Position numbers and translations under genes: made by a program. Below are positions 56,290-64,000 of a stretch of DNA of 64,000 nucleotides, piece after piece. Below the pieces are notes generated by a model. That model was given only the letters and a program-made list of their open reading frames with translations, did not search any database and was not told the origin of the DNA. Numbering within the stretch: position 1 is the first letter of the stretch; each line of letters begins with the position of its first letter. The stretch spans positions 32,001 through 96,000 of the forward strand of contig CAVQGX010000032.1 in assembly GCA_963712115.1 (NCBI GenBank), written 5' to 3'. Source of the stretch: an uncultured delta proteobacterium (GTDB lineage Bacteria; Desulfobacterota; Syntrophobacteria; BM002).

Positions 56290-59200
56290 ATGGAACAGGG
56301 TGAGCAGCAAAATAAGACTAAGCTAGATGACGACTGGCAACAACTGTTTGGCGGTTCCCGTCTCGAAGACCTGCATTCTGCTGTAGCTGGCGCCAGACAG
56401 ACGATCTTTGCTCAAGGGCTTAGCCGCTGGGCTCTTTGCTATGGACTGGCCCGTTTGCTGCCGCGGTTCAAACGTACTGTCCTGTTGATCACCCCCTCAC
56501 CAAAGCAGGCCTGGGAAGCACACCAAAGCCTTTCTTTCTTTCTCGGCCTTTCTGAATCTTGGACAGGGGATCCTTTGGAATGTCCCCTCTGGCATTTTCC
56601 CGCAGCCAACCGCCGCATGGCAGCGGAACCTTTCGTTGCACCTGACGTACAAGGCCAACGTCTCGCTGTTCTTTACGCGGCAGCGGCTACTAACCGGCCT
56701 AAAATCATCATTACTTCGGCCCAGGCAATAATGGAGAAGGTTCTACCCCGGCGACACTGCATGGATGCCAGTCGCTACCTGGTCAAAGGAGAGGAGGTAC
56801 GCCGTGAGGAGTTCATATCGCACCTTACTTCCATGGGCTATTACCGAACTGACTTGGTGGAGGAAGTTGGTGACCTCAGCGTACGGGGCGATATCATTGA
56901 CTTGTTTTCTCCCCTCTACCACCGTCCTTTGCGCTTGGAGTTCTTTGATGAAACCATAGAATCAATCCGCTTTTTTAATCCTTCCAACCAGCGTTCCAGT
57001 GAGCCCCTGGAAGATGTGGTCATAGTGCCGGCCCACGAAATACTGCTCAATGACTCCAGCAAGGAGCGAGCCAGCTCATCGTTGAAACTCGCCTGGGAGA
57101 AGGAAGGACAATTTCGGCGTGATCTGGAGCTATGGCTTGATCGGGTAGGCAACTCGGGCCATTTCCCCGGTATCGAGCAATTGCTGCCTCTCTATTATGA
57201 AAAGCTGGAGACCCTGTTCCATTACTTGTCACCCTCAACCCTTGTGGTGCTGAGCAACTCAGGTGAAATCAAAAAGACAATGGCCGAGCTATTAGAACAA
57301 GCTGACCTAGACCGGGATTTTGCTTGTCAAAACTCGCGCTGGACCCCCTCCCCTGAGACCTACCTGCTTGATGTAAGCGAAATAGAGACATCTCTTGAAC
57401 CTTTCCCCCAGATCCTACAGTCCAGTCTTCCGGTGGAGCACGGTTATGAACAGAAAAGCTCGGAAGTGCTCAACTTCCGCCTAGGGGATCACAGGGGGCT
57501 GCAGCGCAAAATTCAAGACCATCAACAGCGCCAGCGGCTACTTGAACCACTGGCTCAGAGACTGCAACAGTGGCAAAAGTCTGGAATAAGCCCCTTTTTG
57601 GTCTGCCGCACAGCGGAACAGGGGCGCCGCTTTGAAAAATTACTTACTGACTATGGGGTAGACGCCCACTTCAGCTCGGAACCTTTTGGGCAACTTTCCT
57701 TTCGAGCTCCGGTTACAAAAATTGTCGTGGGTCGCCTACCCTTTGGATTTATCTGGCCCGATGAGGCTTTAGCCGTTGTCACTGAAACAGAGCTCTACGG
57801 CGAAAAACCACGTCGACACAGTGTTCGTCCCCCTGAGATCGGCTCTTTTTTGGGCTCATTTGCCGATCTTCAGCTTGATGACTTTGTTGTTCACCTGGAC
57901 CACGGAATTGGCGTTTACAAAGGGTTGCTCCACCTGAAAATCAACGAGCACTCCAATGACTTTCTCTTCCTAGAATACCAGGATGGAGACCTACTTTATC
58001 TCCCGGTTGACCGGTTGGATAGGGTACAGAAATACATTGGCGTTGAAGGTTATCAACCTCGAGTGGATAAACTGGGGGGGCAGCGCTGGGCCTCTACCAG
58101 AAAACGGGTACAAGATTCAATCCAAAAAATAGCCCAGGAGCTCTTACATATCTACGCTCTACGTCAAATAAAAGAAGCAACGACTTTTTCGCCGCCGGAC
58201 AGTAGTTTTAGGGAATTCGAAGCCACTTTCCCTTATGAAGAAACTCAGGACCAACAGGCAGCCATAGAGGATGTCCTCGCCGACATGCAGCAAGACAAAT
58301 GCATGGACCGACTAATTTGCGGCGATGTGGGCTTTGGCAAAACTGAGGTTGCCCTGCGGGCTGCCTTTAAGGCAGTAATGGACGGGAAACAGGTGGCGAT
58401 ACTTGTACCTACGACGGTCCTCGCAGAGCAACATTATCTCACTTTCAAACAGAGGCTTGATGGTTATCCCGTCTTCTTGGAAGTGCTTAGCCGTTTTAAG
58501 GTAAGGTCAGAGCAGAAAAAGATACTGGCTGATCTTCAGAACGGTCTCGTGGACATCGTTATCGGTACCCACAGGTTGCTTCAGCCAGATGTGAACTTCA
58601 AAAGCCTTGGATTACTCGTTGTCGATGAAGAGCACCGATTTGGCGTTCGCCACAAAGAAAGGATAAAACAGCTCCGCGCCGAAGTGGATGTCCTGACCTT
58701 GACAGCTACACCCATTCCTCGCACCCTGCATATGTCTCTTATAGGAATTAAGGATCTAAGTGTCATTGATACGCCACCACAGGATCGCAGAGCCATTGCC
58801 ACCAGAATCTGCTCCTTCGACGACCTGGTAGTCAAAGAAGGTGTTCTCAAAGAAAAAGCTCGGGGGGGACAGGTATTTTTTGTCCACAATAACATCAAAA
58901 CCATTTATCGCATTGCCAATCACCTCCAAGAGCTTATTCCTGAAGTCACTGTGGCTGTCGCCCATGGTCAGTTGCGAGAACGGGAGCTGGAAAAAGTCAT
59001 GCTTGATTTCATCCACCACCGCATCGATGTGCTGGTCTGCACCACTATAATTGAGTCAGGTCTGGACATACCTGCTGCGAACACAATCTTTATCAATCGT
59101 GCCGACAAGTTTGGCCTGGGGCAAATCTACCAGCTTCGAGGCAGGGTGGGAAGGTCCTCGGAACAAGCCCATGCCTACCTACTTATCCCGGGTGAACATT

Positions 59201-59856
59201 TGGTAACCCGCCAAGCACAACGACGTTTACTGGCCCTTATGGATTTCACTGAACTTGGATCCGGTTTCAAGATAGCTATGAACGACCTTCAGATCCGAGG
59301 TGCTGGTAATATTCTTGGTGCCGCCCAATCCGGACATATTGCCGCAGTCGGTTATGAGATGTACGTCCATCTGATGGAGAAGGCCATCGCCCAACTCAAA
59401 GGGGAAACCCCCAGGGAGCCGGTTGAGCCCGAAATTCACCTAAACCTGGCAGCCCATCTGCCTGAAACATATATCACCAGTAGCGGTCAGCGGTTGACTA
59501 CCTATAAGCGACTCGCCTCTGCCGGCCATGAAAGTGGCCTCGCTGACCTGGAAGAGGAACTGCGGGATCGGTTTGGTCCCCTGCCTGAGGAGGCCTCTCA
59601 TCTGTTATCCCTGCTCAGACTGAAGCTGCTCTTAAGAAAACTATGGATAAAACAGCTAGATAGTGTAAATGGCGAGTTTATCCTTACTTTTGCCGAAAAC
59701 CCAGAAATAGATTTAACCAGACTCACTCGACTAATTGCAGCTGAGCCCAAACGTTTGCGTCTCACTCCCGAATACCGTCTCTATTTCAAAAGTCACTCCC
59801 CTAATGTGGTGGAATCCATCACCGAACTCAAAAAGCTCTTGCACAACTTGGTGTAA
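56290..59856 (+). CDS. mfd: Transcription-repair coupling factor
   Basis: VHLDHGIG, CGDVGFGKTEVA, DEEHRFG, TATPIPRTL and QLRGRVGR. Confidence 0.98.
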   Translation: MEQGEQQNKTKLDDDWQQLFGGSRLEDLHSAVAGARQTIFAQGLSRWALCYGLARLLPRFKRTVLLITPSPKQAWEAHQSLSFFLGLSESWTGDPLECPLWHFPAANRRMAAEPFVAPDVQGQRLAVLYAAAATNRPKIIITSAQAIMEKVLPRRHCMDASRYLVKGEEVRREEFISHLTSMGYYRTDLVEEVGDLSVRGDIIDLFSPLYHRPLRLEFFDETIESIRFFNPSNQRSSEPLEDVVIVPAHEILLNDSSKERASSSLKLAWEKEGQFRRDLELWLDRVGNSGHFPGIEQLLPLYYEKLETLFHYLSPSTLVVLSNSGEIKKTMAELLEQADLDRDFACQNSRWTPSPETYLLDVSEIETSLEPFPQILQSSLPVEHGYEQKSSEVLNFRLGDHRGLQRKIQDHQQRQRLLEPLAQRLQQWQKSGISPFLVCRTAEQGRRFEKLLTDYGVDAHFSSEPFGQLSFRAPVTKIVVGRLPFGFIWPDEALAVVTETELYGEKPRRHSVRPPEIGSFLGSFADLQLDDFVVHLDHGIGVYKGLLHLKINEHSNDFLFLEYQDGDLLYLPVDRLDRVQKYIGVEGYQPRVDKLGGQRWASTRKRVQDSIQKIAQELLHIYALRQIKEATTFSPPDSSFREFEATFPYEETQDQQAAIEDVLADMQQDKCMDRLICGDVGFGKTEVALRAAFKAVMDGKQVAILVPTTVLAEQHYLTFKQRLDGYPVFLEVLSRFKVRSEQKKILADLQNGLVDIVIGTHRLLQPDVNFKSLGLLVVDEEHRFGVRHKERIKQLRAEVDVLTLTATPIPRTLHMSLIGIKDLSVIDTPPQDRRAIATRICSFDDLVVKEGVLKEKARGGQVFFVHNNIKTIYRIANHLQELIPEVTVAVAHGQLRERELEKVMLDFIHHRIDVLVCTTIIESGLDIPAANTIFINRADKFGLGQIYQLRGRVGRSSEQAHAYLLIPGEHLVTRQAQRRLLALMDFTELGSGFKIAMNDLQIRGAGNILGAAQSGHIAAVGYEMYVHLMEKAIAQLKGETPREPVEPEIHLNLAAHLPETYITSSGQRLTTYKRLASAGHESGLADLEEELRDRFGPLPEEASHLLSLLRLKLLLRKLWIKQLDSVNGEFILTFAENPEIDLTRLTRLIAAEPKRLRLTPEYRLYFKSHSPNVVESITELKKLLHNLV

Positions 59857-59933
59857 AGTGTTATCAATTTAAATTTACCAGTTTTTGTTTTGAGGTCGGG
59901 TAGTTAGCTCAACTTAACCGACGTTGTCTTGCA

Positions 59934-60920
59934 ATGGAAATAGGCTGGAAAAATTGGCTCATCAGTGTGTGGCTTTCTCTCCTTGCCGGGGTTGTCTTGA
60001 CTCTTTCCCCATCTGGGGCAGAGGTAGTAGACCGAATTATCGCTTACGTCAATGACGATATCATCACCTTGAGCGAGCTTAATGAGAGAACAAATGCCTT
60101 TGTGGCTGCCCGCCGCCAAAATCCCTTTCTCCGCGAGCAAGAGCAGTCTTTGGAGGAGATTCGTCGCAGTATGCTCGATCTTCTCATCAACGAACGGTTG
60201 GCCGCCCAAGAGATTTCCCGCTTGAAGATCAGTGTGAGTGACGAGGAAGTGGATGGAGCCATTGACAGGATCATGCGGGAAAATCGCCTCACTCAGGAGA
60301 CTCTGGCAGCCGAGCTTCGCAAAGATGGAAAAACAGTCGAAGATCTTCGCAAGCAAATCAAGGCAAGTATGGAACAGACAAGGTTAGTCAACCGTGAGGT
60401 GAGAAGTAAGACCATAATCACCGATGAAATGATTCAGGCTTACTATGAGGACCATATAGAGGAATTCGAAAGGAAGGAACGCTGGCGTATCCAGGACATC
60501 TACCTGCCCTTCACCCCCACTGACACCCCCGAGGAGCGCACTCATTTGCGCAATGTGGCCAAACAGATCTTGGAACGCTTGCGGTCGGAAGGCGATTTTA
60601 GCTCATTGGCCAAGCGCTATAGCCAAGGCCCCGGAGCGGAGGCTGGAGGTGACCTGGGTTTCTTTTCTAAGGGCGAACTCGAGCCCGTGCTAGAGGCAGC
60701 AATTGAGGCCTTAAACCCTGGCGAAGTTAGCCCGGACATTGAAACCACTAGAGGAATACACATTATTAAACTCAAGGAGGTGGACAAAGCCCCCGCCAAG
60801 CCGTTGGAAGAGGTTGAGGGGACTATTAGGGACTTGCTTTTCGGAAGAGAAGTGGACTTCAGGTACAGGGAGTGGCTGAGCGGCCTGCGAGAACGCTCCT
60901 ATGTGAGGATTGTCTACTAG
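59934..60920 (+). CDS. surA: SurA/PpiC-type peptidyl-prolyl isomerase chaperone
   Basis: VVDRIIAYVNDDIITLSE and FSSLAKRYSQGP...GGDLG; follows mfd. Confidence 0.88.
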   Translation: MEIGWKNWLISVWLSLLAGVVLTLSPSGAEVVDRIIAYVNDDIITLSELNERTNAFVAARRQNPFLREQEQSLEEIRRSMLDLLINERLAAQEISRLKISVSDEEVDGAIDRIMRENRLTQETLAAELRKDGKTVEDLRKQIKASMEQTRLVNREVRSKTIITDEMIQAYYEDHIEEFERKERWRIQDIYLPFTPTDTPEERTHLRNVAKQILERLRSEGDFSSLAKRYSQGPGAEAGGDLGFFSKGELEPVLEAAIEALNPGEVSPDIETTRGIHIIKLKEVDKAPAKPLEEVEGTIRDLLFGREVDFRYREWLSGLRERSYVRIVY

Positions 60921-60993
60921 ATGATCATTGATGCAATTGGGGACGATGACTGCAGCATCAAAGCCCGCGCCTTCTGCTTTTCGGAGTAGCTAC

Positions 60994-62292
60994 ATGACTC
61001 AAATTACAACCATTGACAAAGTTGGCGAGTTCGTTGGCCAGACGGTGACCATACGTGGCTGGCTTTACAATAAGCGCTCGAGCGGCAAAATCCGTTTCCT
61101 TTTGATCCGTGACGGCACCGGAGTCATCCAGTCTGTGGTGGTGAAAAATGAGTTGGCGCCAGAGGCTTTTTCCGCCACTGAAATCCTAACGCAAGAATCC
61201 TCCTTAGAGGTCAGCGGTACGGTACGTGCCGATGGTCGAGCTCCAGGCGGTTATGAGTTGCAGGTGAGCGATATGCGGGTCATCCAGGTGGCTGAAGATT
61301 ATCCCATCAGTCCCAAGGAACACGGACCTTCTTTTCTATTGGACCATCGTCATCTCTGGCTTCGCTCCTCTAAACAACACGCCATCTTGCGCATCCGGAG
61401 CCACGTTATCCAAGAAGCTCAAGCCTATCTTAACCGCGAGGGTTTCGTCCTTTTCGATGCTCCCATCCTCACACCTACTTCATGTGAAGGTACCAGCACT
61501 CTTTTCGAGACAGATTATTTCTACGGTGAAAAGGCCTATCTCTCTCAAAGCGGCCAGCTTTATGCCGAGGCCGGTGCCATGGCTTTTGGCAAGGTCTACA
61601 CTTTGGGCCCCACATTTAGAGCGGAGAAATCCAAAACCCGTAGACATTTGACCGAGTTTTGGATGTTGGAGCCAGAAGTGGCCTTCGCCGAATTGGAAGA
61701 CATTCTCTCGCTGGCAGAAGAACTGGTAACCCATCTGGTCCATTCTGTCCTGACTAACAGAGGCGAGGAACTCAAAGTTTTAGAGCGTGACCTAACAAAA
61801 CTGCAGTCAGTGGTGCCTCCATTTCCCCGTATAACCTATGAACAAGCTTTGAATCTGTTAAGGGAGAAAGGTATTTCCCACAATTGGGGTGATGATTTTG
61901 GCGCCACCGAAGATACTCTTATCTCAGAGCAGTTTGATCGCCCTGTAATGATCACTCACTACCCCCTGCAAACAAAAGCCTTTTATATGAAGAGCGATCC
62001 CCAAAAACCTGACCTGGCACTTTGTCTTGATGTGCTCGCACCTGAGGGTTATGGGGAGATTATCGGCGGCTCTCAGAGGGAGGATGACTATGATAAACTT
62101 TTGGAGAGGCTGGTGCAGCACAACCTTCCCCGGGAGTCCTTTGAATGGTATCTCGATCTAAGGCGCTACGGCTCGGTACCCCATTCAGGCTTTGGGCTTG
62201 GAATAGAACGAACCATTGGCTGGATCTGTGGCATTAAGCATTTACGGGAGACTATTCCCTTTCCGAGGCTCTTGCAGCGCATCTACCCCTAG
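60994..62292 (+). CDS. asnS: Asparagine--tRNA ligase
   Basis: [32 protein letters not shown] and [19 protein letters not shown]. Confidence 0.95.
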   Translation: MTQITTIDKVGEFVGQTVTIRGWLYNKRSSGKIRFLLIRDGTGVIQSVVVKNELAPEAFSATEILTQESSLEVSGTVRADGRAPGGYELQVSDMRVIQVAEDYPISPKEHGPSFLLDHRHLWLRSSKQHAILRIRSHVIQEAQAYLNREGFVLFDAPILTPTSCEGTSTLFETDYFYGEKAYLSQSGQLYAEAGAMAFGKVYTLGPTFRAEKSKTRRHLTEFWMLEPEVAFAELEDILSLAEELVTHLVHSVLTNRGEELKVLERDLTKLQSVVPPFPRITYEQALNLLREKGISHNWGDDFGATEDTLISEQFDRPVMITHYPLQTKAFYMKSDPQKPDLALCLDVLAPEGYGEIIGGSQREDDYDKLLERLVQHNLPRESFEWYLDLRRYGSVPHSGFGLGIERTIGWICGIKHLRETIPFPRLLQRIYP

Positions 62293-62328
62293 CCAGAGAC
62301 TGGTGCAACCCGGCTATTGAGATAAAAA

Positions 62329-62453
62329 AACCACAGCAGAGGAAAAATCCCAAATCCGAACCCGGGGCCCCGCCCAAAAAGTGGGAACTCCAAAGGAGAA
62401 TTTAAAATTTTGAATTTAGCAGCCGCTAAGTTGCTCTGTGTTCTCTGTTGTTA
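62329..62453. repeat. Degenerate composite 9-mer/heptamer palindromic element
   Basis: AACCACAG ... CTCTGTGTTCTCTGTTGTTA arms; internal GGGGCCCCGCCC resembles GGGGCTCCGCCCC at about 29132-29144. Confidence 0.6.
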
Positions 62454-62496
62454 GAGCGGTTTGAGTATTGCTTTCACCGTAACAGGTGGTGAGGTC

Positions 62497-63363
62497 ATGA
62501 AAAGGCTCGGTGAATTCCTGCGAGGAGAGCGGCAGGCACGAGGAATAAGTCTGCAACAAATAGCTGCCGATACCAGAATCAGCATGAAAATGCTTCAGGC
62601 CATCGAGGAGGGGGATACCGAGCAGCTCCCCGCCCCTGTCCTCATCAAGGGGTTTCTCAGGGCCTATGCCAAGAGGATTGGTCTTGACCCGGAAGATGTG
62701 ATTGTTGAATACCAAGATCTTATCGAGGAATTGGGTGCCCGTCAGGAAGCAATTGAGAAGTTTCACCAAAGGCTACACCCCAAATCCTCCAAGAAAAAGT
62801 TCTTTGCTTTATTTTTAGCCCTTGGGCTCTTTGCGGGTTTGGCACTCATCTGGTCCCACGCCAGCCATGAGCGGCGTCAGCCCAAGACTCCCGCAGAAGG
62901 AAAATCGCTCTCCTCAGTGGAAGTTAGGCAGAAAACTACAAGAGCTGATTTAGCTTCTGAGCTCAATGAGAGACAGACGTCTGAAGTCGGTACCAAGACT
63001 GCTGAGAAGACCGAGGCTGAAGCAGAAACCAAGAGCTCTCAGCCAAGCGTCAAGGAAGCAACTGTTGAATCACTCCCCACACCATTCGTGCTCAGGGTTG
63101 AGGCATTAGAAAGGACCTGGCTTCGTATCATCATTGATGGAAGCCGCGAGCGCGAGTACTTACTCCAGACGGGTGAGCAACTGACCTGGATACCAAGATC
63201 AGAGGTGAAGCTGCTTGTAGGGAACGCTGGCGGAATCAGGCTCTTTCTGAACGACAATCCCTTGAAACCCTTAGGGGAAAGCGGCAAGGTTGTCCGGCTG
63301 GAACTGCCTGATCCCTCTCTGATCTTTCAAGCCGATTTCGAGGGGACCGATTCAGGGAACTGA
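62497..63363 (+). CDS. rodZ: RodZ-like cytoskeleton protein (HTH, TM, DUF4115)
   Basis: LGEFLRGERQARGISL, KGFLRAYAKRIGLD, TM helix and TWLRIIIDG...VGNAGGI. Confidence 0.85.
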   Translation: MKRLGEFLRGERQARGISLQQIAADTRISMKMLQAIEEGDTEQLPAPVLIKGFLRAYAKRIGLDPEDVIVEYQDLIEELGARQEAIEKFHQRLHPKSSKKKFFALFLALGLFAGLALIWSHASHERRQPKTPAEGKSLSSVEVRQKTTRADLASELNERQTSEVGTKTAEKTEAEAETKSSQPSVKEATVESLPTPFVLRVEALERTWLRIIIDGSREREYLLQTGEQLTWIPRSEVKLLVGNAGGIRLFLNDNPLKPLGESGKVVRLELPDPSLIFQADFEGTDSGN

Positions 63364-63365
63364 CA

Positions 63366-64000
63366 ATGACTATTCGCCAGGATGAGGCGGTCATTCTCCG
63401 CACCAGGGACTACCGCGAATCGGACCGTTTGATTACATTCTTCAGCAGGAGCCAGGGGCAACTCACCGGTATCGCCAAAGGAGCACGGCGCAGTAAGAAA
63501 CGTTTCGTCCACACCCTAGAACCCCTTTCCCACGTCCTGATCACCTATGCAGACAGATCATCCTCTGGGCTAGTGCGCATCGATGCCAGCGAGCTCAGAA
63601 ACGGTTTCATTGAACTCCGCAGCGACATTGCACGTTTAGGCTATGCCAGTCTCAGCTGTGAGGTTGTGCTGGAAATGTCACCGGAACGTCAGGCCAATCC
63701 CACCCTTTTTGTCTTGCTTAATCAATACCTCAAACAGCTGGAGGGAAAAGGGGAGCCTGAAAATTCCTCCTTTTTATTCCTCCTGCGGATGCTGAGCCTG
63801 AGCGGCTATGCTCCAAATCTACAGACATGCCTTCGCTGCGGCCGAGATTCGACTGCTGGTCAGGGCTGGTATTTCTCCATTTCCCAGGGAGGGCTACTCT
63901 GCGGAAATCACCGCCCAGGGGGAAAGGTGTATCAAGTCTCCTTGGGTACAATTATGCTGCTGAGGCAAGCACAACAGCTCCCCCTCGCCAAAGTCTGGCG
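63366..64000 (+). CDS. recO: DNA repair protein RecO (truncated by the window end)
   Basis: Hand translation gives MTIRQDEAVILRTRDYRESDRLITFF...IAKGARRSKKRF...GYAPNLQTCLRC. Confidence 0.92.
   Translation, partial: MTIRQDEAVILRTRDYRESDRLITFFSRSQGQLTGIAKGARRSKKRFVHTLEPLSHVLITYADRSSSGLVRIDASELRNGFIELRSDIARLGYASLSCEVVLEMSPERQANPTLFVLLNQYLKQLEGKGEPENSSFLFLLRMLSLSGYAPNLQTCLRCGRDSTAGQGWYFSISQGGLLCGNHRPGGKVYQVSLGTIMLLRQAQQLPLAKVW

Noticed and set aside
60994-62292. asnS as a horizontal acquisition
   Set aside because: Ordinary composition and housekeeping context; cannot be supported without a phylogeny.

Overview
Core chromosomal segment, most likely from a deltaproteobacterium (Desulfobacterota-like; inferred from gene order and protein types). 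Bases 1-25.8 kb are a minus-strand envelope cluster, read in transcription order: lysS, lolC/E, lolD, bamA, skp, lpxD, fabZ, lpxA, an lpxI::Gfo/Idh/MocA (GnnA-like) fusion, lpxB, msbA, waaA, a frameshifted lpxK, lpxL, waaF, gmhB, waaC, a Trm112-family gene, a GT4 gene and three Kdo/WaaP-family kinases. Further along the window are pilB-pilC-pilS (no pilT or pilR), aspC, truA, argC, rpsI/rplM, lptD, folC, uvrD/pcrA, cobA-hemD, hemC, gmhA coupled to a deoxyhypusine-synthase-like gene, a class IV aminotransferase, sppA, ilvA, a degenerate-GGDEF/TPR gene, selA, bioY, mfd, surA, asnS, rodZ and partial recO. I found no tRNA, rRNA, CRISPR array, transposase or prophage. The most unusual signal is non-coding: many intergenic gaps hold short palindromic elements from several families. 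They nest inside each other, occur as empty and filled alleles with a 6-bp GCAATC duplication, often abut stop codons, and one family (184-226 nt) shows compensatory base changes between copies. This suggests an active or recent non-autonomous hairpin-element system whose mobilising enzyme is not in the window. All alignments and folds were done by eye.
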